Shown one piece after another: positions 38,224 to 50,478 of a stretch of 64,000 nt of DNA (its first letter is position 1; each line of letters begins with the position of its first letter). The stretch lies in contig JAUCBJ010008916.1 in assembly GCA_032718475.1 (NCBI GenBank), positions 1-64,000 on the forward strand, written 5' to 3'. Origin of the DNA: Nemertoderma westbladi. Taxonomy: Eukaryota; Animalia; Xenacoelomorpha. The notes under the pieces are model-generated. The model was not told where the DNA came from, did not search any database, and was given only the letters and a program-made list of their open reading frames with translations. The position numbers and the translations under genes are program-made.

Positions 38224-39146
38224 GCTATAGGTCGTCAGGCGGTGGTATTTTCCTATCTGGACAACGCAGTGTATTTACTACTACTTATTATTTCAAATAC
38301 CGTAGTACCCTGTCCGTTGTAATAACCGGTTTTCTAACCCTTTGTTAGGCTGGTTTGTAGACTTCTTGTAAAAATACCCTAAAAATTCGTATTTGTGTTT
38401 TTGTAAATTTTTGTGTTTATTTAGAGATTGTAATCTCAACCCGAATTGTACGTAATTCGTAGTATTAAGTAACTTAGGTAAATTAGAATTATTTGTTTTA
38501 GTGTCCTATACGTAACACTTCACTGAAAGCGCACCGCTTTGTGTAGTGATTACTCCCCAGAAATAATAACATTTATTTCAAACATAGACAAAACCCATTA
38601 AAACGGGTATATATATTATAAATCAAATCCAACGATTTATAAATAGTAGGCATACCATAAAACCATTAGGTCTCAATATCAGTTGGATTACTGCTTAAAT
38701 AACGGTAATAAAGTAAGTTAAAGTAACCAAGTAACCCTGAAGTTCAGAAATTCAATTATTCTAAAATAATTGATATACCGGTATTTACGATAGGCCTATT
38801 ATCTTATTTCTATAAATCTAGGCTGAAATTATACCGGTACTTGTAATTAATTCTAGTCCAGAATTATATATACTACAAACTGTAAGCTGTATACCGGTAT
38901 TCCCGATAGGCCTATTATATATTTATATATATTTGTGCTAAAATTATACCGGTATTCGGAGATAAACCTAGTCTGTAATAATAGTTATATATACTATAAG
39001 CATTCCGGTATTCTAATATATTATATATATCACGCTACACTGAGTAGCAGTATCGGTAATTAATTACTAGGCTAGCAGTTAATACTGAATTACTAGACTT
39101 GCTTAGACTGTAATATAGCAGTAGGCATTCAACTGTACAAACAAAA

Positions 39147-42100
39147 ATGTCTGACACAAAACGGGCACTGTCAGATAGTCTTTTGAAAGGTATTAGAATC
39201 AGCCTTAGACTTGGACAGTATCTTGAAAAGATAGAAGCGGAAAGAAAAGCAGCAGCGGCAGCTGCAGAAGCGGAAAGAGAGGTGCAGCAGCGGGTCCGGG
39301 AGTTGGAAGAGACTGTTCAACAGCTAAAGGGAACCGTAAGAGAAGTAAGTTAGAATTACAGGAAGTGCAGCAAAGTATCGCTTTAGAATGCGATAAATTA
39401 GTAAATACACAAAAGGGTATACCACCACCCCCTGTAACAATGTGTCAACCCGTTAGGTCTGAAGTATCCCATGCGCAAGGTGTGGAGCCTACACGCATCT
39501 ATACTGCTAGCGAAATAGAAACTCCTATAGTGAACCCTATTAAGGGTAATTATAGACCTGTTGATAATGATATTCCATATAGAACTGATCATAATCCGAG
39601 AAATTTATATGCCGATAACTTGATATTAAATAGCACGATGGCCCAAGAAAGTTTTACGCGTCAAATGGCTAGAACCGAAGCCCGGCAAGCGGTAAAGGTG
39701 GGAGAGATCGTTAAGTTCAATGGAGATGAGATGAAATGGTTACCTTTTAATGAATATTACAAAGATAACATACAGAACTCCGTACTATATAATGGAGAAA
39801 AACTTAGATACCTCATCGAGTGCTTGGAAGGATCTCCCAAGTTAATGGCGTTAAGGTTTATTGGACATCCAGACGGATTAAGACAAGTTTGGGATACATT
39901 AAACATCAGGTATGGTAATAGGAATAACATAGCTGGGTATTTGTATGCAAAATTAATGGCGCCCCGAAAGTTTCTTAGCAGCGGGATTATAGAGTTTTCC
40001 GATGAGATTCAGGAGATCTGTAGACAATTAGATTGGCTAGGTAAGTCTCATGAATACCAGAATTCTATGGTTGTAAGAGCCTTAGCATCTGCTTTGCCCA
40101 AGGGTGGAGTAGGTACACGCTGGGATAAGAAGGTGTTATATATGATGGAACAACAACGACGAGACCCTACCATGACTGATCTCATGTCATTCTTAGATAG
40201 AGAAGTGAAATTACAGCTCCTAAGGCAGTCCAGAAGAAGACATTGGAAAACAAGGTAAGTGAGAAACCCGTTTCTAGGAGAAGGGTAACACCAGTATGTT
40301 ATACCGACGACGGTGAAAGCCAAACCTCTCAAGGAGAGGACAGCGGGAAAGACACTGACAGGCCTTATTATGTCAATAAAATGCCTAAAGAACAGGTAAG
40401 TAAATCCAAGTCTCGACCCAATGACAGAAAGGAACCGGTACAAAAAACCCCTCCTACGTCTCCTAAAGGAATTCAGGTGAGAAAGCCCGAGGAAAGAACA
40501 AGTGTGCACCACATAGCACAGGTTAAAGTAAGTAACATCAAGCCGAAATGTGTGCTGTGCGACGGGCCCCACCGTTTAAATGCGTGTGATAAATTCCTGA
40601 GGAAATCACTCGAGGATAGACGTGAAGTCATGTGGGATAAGCGGTTGTGTTATAATTGCCTCAGACGAGGACACCAACGGCGAACCTGTAACTCCGACGC
40701 AAGGTGTGCAAAGTGCGGCGCAAATCATCATATCTTGTTGCACACGGAATTCGAACGAAACAGCCCGAGTCAGGTAAGTGAGTCCGAACTACATGTCCAA
40801 TTCAGTGATGTGAACGACACTGATCAATCTGAGATGGAAGGATTCTATACGGACGAGTTCTCCGACCAAAACGAATCCTGTTACCTAATAAACACCACCG
40901 CAGTGTATCGAGCACTCGTGTATGAGAAAGACACAGACAGCGACCTTACCTTAACTACTTCCGATCAACAACCATCTTGGAAAGCGCCAACTTCCAATAT
41001 AGGAATCCGAGAATTTCCTGTAGTCCAGTTACGGGTCCACGGACCTCAGAAGAGCTATATAGTGAACGCCCTCCTGGACTCCGGTAGCACAGGAACATTC
41101 ATCGATAGGGAACTAGCCGAAGTCATCTTTGCTGGACAACCCAAGTTCCGAACCAAGCTAAACCTGTCAGGGATCATGCAGGTTTGGAATTCTACTGTAG
41201 CTGCCGACTATTATATATGTGAGTTGTCCACCCCCCAGGACGAACTAGGAGAACATAGCATCAGGTCAGTGAAAATGGTGGCTATAAAGAACTTCGCTAC
41301 TACTCAAGCAGACCTTTATAATTGGGACGAGGATGAGAGCATCCAACATCTTAACATACCTCGATTCCAGACTGATTATCCTGGAGTGCAAATACTCATC
41401 GGCCAAAACGCGCATGAGGCGCTGGAGACATTAGAGAAACGACCTGCTCAACCGCAACCACTTCAGCCCTATGCGGTAAGAACTAGAGTAGGTTGGTACC
41501 TTACTGGACCTTCCCGTAGAACGCTCAGAGAAAGACTGCTTCAAGATCGCGTCTGCCAGCGGAGTAAATGGGAAGATGATACTAGTGAGGGAGACGACCC
41601 AACTGAGGGAACACCACACTCCTCAGATAATGACAATCTTAGCTCCAATGTAGATCAATGGAGATATTGCCCCAAGAAGTTTAATCCAACAGACATCGCT
41701 TCCAGAGGAGCAACTCCTCAAGAACTGACAGATACTATAGACCGGTTAGGTGAACCCGACTTCCTGAGTAAGGAGAATGAATGGCCTCCCCATCTTACTC
41801 CGACTGAGATTAGACCAGCCAAGGGAGCGGAGAAAGTCGAACCTGAAACCCGGACGGGTGGATCGGAGTTATTTGAACCCGGGATAGATCTGTCGGTATT
41901 ACATGTTGCCAGGGACGACGCCGTGGATCTGAACCTCCCCACCGCGAGTGGATCCTTCATGAAGATCAGAGAGAGCGATTGGAGCTCTGGAACATCAGAC
42001 GTCTCGCAGGGACTCTCACCTCTCCTGCAGAGAGCGACGGACCACTATAGCTCCTGGAATCGGCTTTGTGACGCCGTCATATACTTTGAGCGATGTTTCT

Positions 42101-42288
42101 ATCGTCACTATTCCAGGACAAAGAGGAAACCTGGAATTGTATTCAGGATGCAGCGACTCAATCACCCAGTCGGTCGTTTGTGTTTATCGGAAGGGAATGG
42201 AGGACTCTCCGGAAACTGTGGAAGGCAAGATTCTCTTCCCACGACCACCTCCCTAATCCTTCAAACATCTAGGGACTCCATAACGTAA
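39147..42288 (+). pseudogene. Gag-protease ORF of element 2 with in-frame deletions of RT/RH and IN; two frameshifts in gag
   Basis: Colinear with element 1 gag and PR. Jumps from SSDND to DQWRYCP and from HYS to KPGIVF without changing frame. Frameshifts near 39345 and 40235. Confidence 0.88.
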
Positions 42289-43943
42289 CAACATATGGAG
42301 TGGGTGTGTGACTCTATTATTTTATATTATTTTATTATTTTTATATTTATGTATGTATTACTATGTAATTCTATTATAATCGTTTTCTTTAATTTTATTC
42401 AGTAGAATGTTATTTTAGCGATTATTTAGTAGATTAGTGCAATATATATTCGCGTTTATTACTTAATTACGTATATATTATATTTAATGCGACGGCAAGA
42501 AATAATTATTTTCCTTCTTCCTTACTGTCCGTATTACATTACAAATACGTAACTACAGTAAGATGAAATGTCCGTACTTATTAAAGTACAATAAAGCCAC
42601 TACTATATTCAAGTATTATTGGTAGGCAGAGTATTAGGAATGCAAAGTTCAGATCCTCGTGTCTCGGCTAAACCAAGCTCTGGGTAGACCTTGGAAACGA
42701 CTTGCCTCTTCACACTGACATTGCTTCGTGCGATATTGCTCTCATACCGTATATTAAATAATACATATAGTAGCGTGATGTCCCTTTAACAGTAGCGTAT
42801 AACGCAAAATAAATCTGTTAAACCCTTTGACCATCTGTAATTCTAGTCGATTAAGATATCGCGGCACCCACCGATATACTTGAAAGACAAATTCTAGAAT
42901 CAGTGGTTAACGTCCCCAGACAAGTTCTGGAATAAATCGGTGCCCATCTCAAATATTAATTATTTAATATTTGCAAATCTAATAAATCAAAATCTGTAAA
43001 ATTCAGATCCTTCAGCAATTCTAGTCAATTAAGATATCGTAGCATTTACCGATATTCTTAAAAAGACAATTGTCATAGAATTAAGGATCTTGTGTCCCCA
43101 GACATATTCTAGAATCAAAATATGTCAATTTAATTATCAAATAATAAAATTTCAGGGAATAAATTTAAATTCATGCCTTTTAATGAATTTAATAAATTGC
43201 CATTTTTACGCAATTTATAACATTCCCAAAATTCCATTAATTAATAGATCAAGGGAGCGGAGATTTATCTTATTATGTGTATGAGTGTGCGAAAGTCTCC
43301 CAAACATAGTCAATAGCCGATAAAATTCATAAAGTCATGTATAAAACAGAACATTGACTATTAAAGAATACTATTAAATAACATCCCAGATCTGTATGCA
43401 TTGGAATTGCTCTAATTCTACCGCTAGCTTTGCATAATGTCACCATAGCAACAACCACGCTAGAATTAGAATTGAGTTAAAAGAACAATAGAAAGCTTGT
43501 CCCATTGAATAGCATAGGGAATAAATAGTGCACTGATAGTATCCAAGGATACATAATAATACAGTGACATTCTGGAAGGCATTGACTAACGGACAAGTGA
43601 CCCGAGTGTGTGTAATTTGTGACAAGTTGTGTGTGTGGTACTTGTGAGTTTATAGGCGAATGTTACTACTAAGGTGTGTTTACAGTAGCTAGTCGCAATC
43701 GTAAAAGTAACCTAACTCTCCAAGGAAAACCTGAAGTACATCTAAGCCTTTGGGACGGACAGTCGAGTGACTTGTGCCGGTTGTCGTTGTCGTTGTGCGG
43801 CTACGTCGTTGGCGAAAGTACAGCGGCGACGACACATCGGCGCTGAGGATCTCGTACTGTCCGGGGGTTAATTGGAGTAGGCAGCGACGCTCGCTAGCCT
43901 GAATATAAACTCATTATAATATGGATAAACTCATATAGCAGAT

Positions 43944-45330
43944 ATGGTTGAGTTGATAGAAGATGATCTTGGTATCGGGGAGCGATATACTCTACTTTTG
44001 CAAGCGTTTGTTGATAGCTTAATACGCGGTGACGTTAGTCTAACTGCTGCGGAGGACGATGGTCGTTATATCGAACCGACAATGTCCCAAGTGCAGCTCT
44101 CGCGAGAGTTGGACTATAGAAAATTCGCTGCTCGATATACGCAGCGTAATGGTATGTATATGGACTTCTTAACCATTGACCATTCTATCGATTTACACAA
44201 TACGGACTATGTCGACTATATATCCTGCCCAGCGGAGTCGGAACCATAAACTGAAATTCGAATGCGAAAATTCTATTCGAAATCGGCTCGAAAGAAAAGA
44301 CATTAAAGAAACAAATAAACGCGGTAACTCCAACATATATTTGGAATTCTTGATAGAATCATTGTAACTACAAATAAATATCATCCGCGTTTCCCCTACC
44401 AGACGTGCGTCTTGGGTATTATTACGGTAAATGCCCTAGACCCAGCCAATAAACGGAAAGACATAAACATCCACGGAAACGTTGTGTTAAATACAGTTGT
44501 GTTCGTTATATTTACTGGAGTTTCGAGCGAAACTTGTTTGACGTATCACCTATGCTCACTCGGCTCTAACGATCCTAGAGTAAACCTACGATCAGAGTCC
44601 CGGAATACTCGGTCAAACCTCCTCATTCCTTAGTTGGACCTCAGACCTGCGATCCTGGTGGTGTCGCGGATCCTCGCGGACGGTATTCACTGTTCAAAGA
44701 TCTAGTGCTACCCTAACAATTAATCGGTAACACTCCGACAGTGATTTCTAGCTAGCCGCCCATCTTACCTAGCCGGATTGTGACGCGGACACCTAATATC
44801 ACTATCCAACAGTATGGTCGTCCCGTTTAACTCGATACAACCCTTCATCAAAGTGAAGGAGAGCGTTGTACGAAACGAGTTAAACGCTATTCTATAAAGA
44901 TCAAAAAAGAAACCTGCGTTTGTTCAGATAAACGTAAGTTATAACAGTAAGTCCAATCGATAAACGAATTGTCTTTATCTCAGTTCGATTGTGAAATCCA
45001 GAATCTCTAAGAAGATATCGCACTTAGACAACCCCATTCTCTGCGAGAGTTTTTGGATGAACGTATCCAGCTACGAGCGGAGGAAAATCAGCTCGAGGAG
45101 AAGCATATCGAAACGGCGGATACCCCGACCACAATCCTACACCTTCTGATGCAATCATATTGCACCCTTCACCCAGGAGTTATGGCCCTCCTAGTAAAGT
45201 GGCTCCCCCCAAAGAGAAAAAGACTCTTGCTAGCCTCAAAAAACTGCGTAAACGCCGTCTGCGTAAGAAAGACTAACTGTTTAGAGTATCTTTATGTTTT
45301 AGAAACTGTGATTTTTATATTTTATAGACT
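43944..45330 (+). pseudogene. Decayed accessory ORF in element 2
   Basis: Homologous to 31683-33259 (MVELIEDDLGIGERY...; DERIQLRAEENQLEEKH...), with more disruptions. Confidence 0.55.
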
Positions 45331-46559
45331 GAAAATCCCATTTTCTGGGAGCGGTGTAAAAGCTTTTACTGAATTGTCCGGTTATTTTTCCTTATTTTTC
45401 CCGTAAAGTACTCTGTAGTTGGTTTACCAGGCATAAAAAGGCCGTGTCCTTGCTGTACTGGTGTTTTAGCGGACATAAGAGCTATTTCTTCTGTATTTGT
45501 ACTTTAGAGGACATAATCCGTAATTCCGTGACGTAAAAGCTCGATACTCTTGAAAACAGTGTCGCTACCATGACGACAGCTAGCAGCTGATATTGCCACG
45601 TCGACGTTTCTTTGTTTCTCTGTTCTCTCGTTGTTCAGGTTGACCAATCAGAGCGTTTGTTGTCTTTGTGTTGGAGGTATATACAGAAACTCAGTAGTTC
45701 AGTGTTATGTTTTGGCCCAGAGCCTAAGAACCGGCTTTGGCACCTCCGTGTTTCAGTTTTTAGTCTTACACTAGTAGGTTTAATTATAAAGGGCATATAT
45801 CCTTTAACTCATGGAATCACTGCTGACTGATCATACATGCTGACTGCTGAAACATTGCAAACTCATAACAATCAGTGTTTTCATTGTTGTTTTATACTGC
45901 TATTCACCGTCAGTTCTTCATAATATGGTTGATGAATAATTATATTTGGAATAACGATAAATAACCCCGAAACCCAATATTCTTGATATACCGAAGGTAA
46001 GAGAGAAGGGTTACAGATAAACGATTGTGACTTATGTTAAAGTGGTTTGAAGTGAATCTAATGTTATTTGATAGACCCTACATGAGTCAGTCTGTGTTCC
46101 TTTTATATGTGACTAAAATCAGTGAAGATCGGCAGATTAGTGTGCAGTATTGTGCAGCATTGTGTATGAGTGAGTCTGTTAAAGAAGCATTCCTAAAGAA
46201 TGCGCCATATATGTGAATTATAATTAAGCCATATCGTTGTGAGTAGTTTAAGTCATAACTCTGTTTATGTAGATAAAGCGCCACGTCCTAAAGGAACTGT
46301 TAATATTCCCGAAGGTAAATAATATTGTCAGAGATTATATAATACTGTCAATCGAATAATACATTAGGCTTACATAGCAATAAAATTAAACCGTCGAACC
46401 CAATCTCCCGGGAATATCCAGCGGGTGAATGATCGCGCACAGATTGGTTTCGACTAGTGTAGTGAATCAAATACTTGTCATAGACTAAAAACCGATTTAA
46501 TATCTAGAAGACATCTTAATTTGGTGGGTTAAACTGCCAAAGGTCTGAAAGCGCGAACA

Positions 46560-46910
46560 ATATGTGCGTTGTAGTTGTTGTGTACGGTGTATGCGTTTAT
46601 ATTATACTGTATGTGCTTTGTATATGTGTAATGTTTAGTGTTTATACCTTATTATTATACTGTATATATGCGTTGCAGTTGTTGTGTACTGTGTATTCAT
46701 TTATATTATACTGTATGTGCTTTGTATATGTGTAATGTTTAGTGTTTATACCTTATTATTATACTGTATATATGCGTTGCAGTTGTTGTGTACTGTGTAT
46801 TCATTTATATTATACTGTATGTGCTTTGTATATGTGTAGGCCTACTGTTTAGGGTTTATACTTTATTATTATTCTGTATATGTGAGTTGTAGTTGTTGTA
46901 TGTGCGCTGT
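46560..46910. repeat. 104-bp AT-rich tandem repeat, ~3 copies
   Basis: CTGTATGTGCTTTG recurs at 46607, 46711 and 46815. Confidence 0.85.
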
Positions 46911-46926
46911 ATTATACAATAAATTA

Positions 46927-46967
46927 AGCATTGATAAAGATAGCCATTGGCTTACGAAACGTCTGCT
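46927..46967 (+). ncRNA. Minimal type I hammerhead ribozyme (U3-A8 variant), Penelope-like
   Basis: AGCA-UUGAUAA-A-G..AGCC-AUU-GGCU..C-GAAA-CG-UC-UGCU: stem I AGCA/UGCU, stem II AGCC/GGCU, palindromic ACGU stem III, GUC cleavage triplet. Confidence 0.55.
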
Positions 46968-47239
46968 AGGCCTAATTACCTACTATTTTTTCATACCTGT
47001 GGCTGACAGTCCTTCCTTTGTTTTATCGTTTAATATTTACTCGCCACATTCCCCAACATGAATTTTAATTCATTCCAGGTCATGGTGTAGATGTGTATAG
47101 TAAATAAATTAATTGTAAATGCGGCCCCTGAGAACCGTTATTAGTATCTGACACTGACAGTTACTGTATTTCTTGCCGACTAGTTTCTTTATTAATTCGA
47201 TAATACAATACATCAATAGATCCAAAAATTAAGTTCCTG

Positions 47240-47443
47240 CAATGGGTCCGCATCTCACCGGAGTGCGGAGGTCGTGGGTTCGATCCCCGCATGGGCCAGT
47301 GCAGTTTTCGTTTACGGTGAGGGGATCTCTGGAATTCCCTCTGGTGATATAATAGTTCTCGGGGGACTGCACTGAAAATAAATAAGCGTAATGTAATCCC
47401 TTTGTGCGTAATGTAATCCCTGGCCTGTCGGTCGAAAAAAGCC
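47240..47443 (+). mobile_element. tRNA-derived SINE (degenerate 5' end)
   Basis: B-box GGTTCGATCCC in a T-arm-like stem, body with a CAGTGCAGT/ACTGCACTG inverted pair, duplicated GCGTAATGTAATCCC near the 3' end; no full cloverleaf. Confidence 0.6.
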
Positions 47444-47446
47444 TAA

Positions 47447-47844
47447 AGGCCTGTTTACACGTGGCAACTTTTAGAGCAACTTTCTCGGCAACTTGTAGAG
47501 CAACCCAGGTTGCCGATCAAGTTGCTCCGTGTAAACACGTAAAAAGTTGCTGTAAAAGTTGCTCAACTTTTACGGCAACTTGAAGAAATTTGCGTTGGCG
47601 AATTAAAGCGGGATAATCAAATTAAATGATCAAAAACTAACTACTATATAAAATGACCCACTATTTTACAGTCAAACGAGCCAAGTTGCTCTAAAAGTTG
47701 CCGGTCAAGTTGCTGGTAAAGTTGCTGGTAAAGTTGCTGGTAAAGTTGCCACGTGTAGACAACCATTAAATTAAGTTGCTCCAATAAAAGTTGCTATAGT
47801 TGCCGATAAAGTTTCTCTAAAAGTTGCCACGTGTAAACAGGCCT
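47447..47844. mobile_element. PIF/Harbinger-type MITE
   Basis: TIR AGGCCTGTTTACACGTGGCAACTTTTAGAG and its inverse, TAA/TTA flanks, internal AAGTTGC/GCAACT repeats. Confidence 0.85.
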
Positions 47845-48075
47845 TTACTTTAGTATATTTTACTTTTTGATCAATAAAATTTCGATATGCGGAAATTTCT
47901 TTGATCAACTCAGATACATTCACATTACATCTACATGATTATCTGTGATTGTGTGTCGTGTGTCGATGTTCTATCCAACTTGTGGCAGTTTCTTTGAAAT
48001 TCATAAATAAATTATAGATTTTAATTTAGTTTATTTTCAGTAGCATTTACATTTGGTTTGGTTTATTTAAATGAG

Positions 48076-50291
48076 TTACATTGGGGGCGGAGAACCCACT
48101 CTGTTGTTTAAGCTATTCAAATTGTGATGAATGGCGCCTTGGAATTTCCCACCAGTATGTTGGAATGAGTTGGGGTCGCTCAGCGAGTTTCCCATGTTCA
48201 GCAGGGGGTTATGGTGAGGGAAACTGTTGTGGCTAGAGAAGCTGTGTTGGCTAGTCCCGGCTTTGGGTTTCAATATGTAGAAACTGCAAGGATTATTTAT
48301 TTATCGTGACATCAGACGTTTACAGGCGGAAATGTGGAGTTCTATATCCTTAAAGCCATTTTTACATTATTGTCTAAAAATACTTGTTTCCCTGTGTAAA
48401 AGTTGCCATGGTTAAAAATATAAAAAGGACCACCTATTATGTATTTTATTCCAAAATTGTAACATTACTCAACGCCGATAGTATTGACAGCGAGTTGTTA
48501 TTTATCACTTTACAACTTTTGAGGACATTACAGTATTGTATTGGCCTATACATTTAGTATTGTATTTGGTGTTATCCGTTAAGTAATGTCCCCTTAGTGG
48601 ACATTACTTAACGCCGTCATTGGTTACCACGTAAACAATAGGTGGAAATTTGCCTGACAGCCAGATAGGCCTACTGCCTACCTACCGGTAGGCGGGGTAT
48701 AGCTATTAATAACCAGTTGGGCCTAGCTATATTATTATACCATGGCTCCACACGCCACCATAAATATAAGCTAACTTATTTATAACATAATTTATGTCAT
48801 TTTTACAATTATTTATACAGCAACTAATATAATTTGTGCAGTTTCTATCACTTATAATGTATATGTACAATGATTTCGCAATGTTAAAATTTTGGAATAA
48901 AACTACATACATTCATGTTGCAAAGTACTTTAGAGTGTTCTGATCCTCGTGGCTTTATTTTCACTCACTCACTAATATTCGTTCGTGTAACAAAAGCCAC
49001 TCGGATCATCACACTGTAAAGTATTACCTCCAGTAAGTAAATAGTAAGTATGTAAATAGTTATTACCTTCCGGTTGTATACTGTAGGCAATTAGGCTGTA
49101 ATTACCTATAATATTGTTTCATACATATATTTTCCTTTTAAGGTTAGTTTAATTCATAGGCTACTTTAAAGAACGCAACATAAGCCGGTGTCAGCATACT
49201 GCACAGTACGTAACCTACTCAAGTAATCTACCAGTAGTACAGTAGGTCTACTGTAGCTAGCTATTTTAGCTACACCATACTATTTTTTCTATTATTTGGC
49301 CATCTATAATATTAACTAAATTGGTTGTTTAATTTTTGAGTGGTATCCAGGTATCACAGGTTGTGGGTTTTATTTCGCCTATTTTCGCCTGATGCCAAAA
49401 TAAAGACACATGCCTGCAGGTGAGGTCCTCGCTAACTCTCATCATTGCTCCCGCGTTGTCGAACTCCCCGCAGTAGTTCGGTGCCGAGAATATCGTAACG
49501 AGTTGCTTATCCGCGAAGAACTCGTATCCATCCTCCATGACCTGGTGGGCCCGGCAGATGAGCTCGATGTCGTGTCTCTCGAGGAAGTTGGTGACCGCGT
49601 CGGCGCCGAAAGTGAATGAAACCCCGCGTTCGTTCTCACCCCAGCCGCTCAGCTCCTCGCAGGGGTCGGACCACAACAGATCGCATAGCAACCCGTAGTC
49701 AGGCACGTCTGTAGGTCTAGCGATACTCGATATCTGCTCCAACTTACGGAGTTCTGGACTAATCCCGCCGTGACAACAAAATATCTTGTTTGACACAACA
49801 GCAGCAATCGGCAGACAGTTGAAACAATCGATGAACGATCTCCAAATCCTTATATGGTATCTTCTTTTACATTCATCGTGGAAACCGTACATTCTATTTA
49901 TAGCTGCAGCCTCATGGTTCCCTCTCAACATGAAAATATGTCTAGGGTATTTAATCTTATAAGCCAATAAGAGACAGATAGTTTCTATACTTTGTTTACC
50001 CCTGTCAACGTAATCACCAAGTAACAGGTACTTGGAGGCTGGTGGGTGTCCCCCGTTATCGAAGTACCGCAGTAGGTCGGTATATTGGCCGTGAATGTCG
50101 CCTAATATCTTTATCGGCGCCTCGACGTGCAATAACGCGGATTCTTTGAGGAAAATATCTCGGGATTTGATGCACATACTTTGTACCTCGAATTCACTTA
50201 GACTCGCGAAGGAAATAGATTTGTGTCCGCGAATTTCCAACAACGAGGCGATAATATTGTCCACATCAAAGGGTCCCGGTGATTCTGACAT
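48076..50291 (-). CDS. PPP1C: Serine/threonine-protein phosphatase PP1 catalytic subunit, divergent paralog; join(50291..49414, 48283..48076), 361 aa
   Basis: [35 protein letters not shown] and [11 protein letters not shown] motifs. Splicing AG|GCATGT...TTGCAG|T restores [10 protein letters not shown] (canonical PP1: LMCSFQILKP). Confidence 0.93.
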
Positions 50292-50464
50292 AATAATAAT
50301 ATGTAATTAAGAATCAGGAAGTTAAATATATTATAATTAGTCACGTATATTTTAGTTTATATTCCCTACTTTTCGTTTATAAATGCTACTGTTGTGTTGA
50401 TGTTACTTTACAGAATACAAGATAAATTATATCTGTCGATGAAAACTATTCATTAATCTATTCT

Positions 50465-50478
50465 GTTACTATGGAAAC
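50465..50478. promoter_or_regulatory. RFX X-box upstream of PP1
   Basis: GTTACTATGGAAAC, 174 bp from the PP1 ATG. Similar sites at 51472-51485 (GTAACCATAGCAAC) and 51836-51849 (GTTGCCATGGTTAC). Confidence 0.55.

Larger units (their letters stand above)
34628..46559 (+). mobile_element. Bel/Pao LTR retrotransposon, element 2 (non-autonomous, young)
   Basis: LTRs 34628-35830 and 45355-46559 (TGT...ACA) differ at about 5 sites by eye. 5-bp TSD ATATG at 34623-34627 and 46560-46564. RT, RNase H and integrase cores are deleted. Confidence 0.95.

Noticed and set aside
47240-47300. tRNA gene
   Set aside because: Only a B-box/T-arm is recognisable, with no acceptor stem or D-arm; better explained as a SINE head.
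49329-49413. PP1 C-terminus as given in the ORF track (RHVSLFWH...)
   Set aside because: Probably intron read-through; the spliced exon at 48283-48076 restores the conserved motif.
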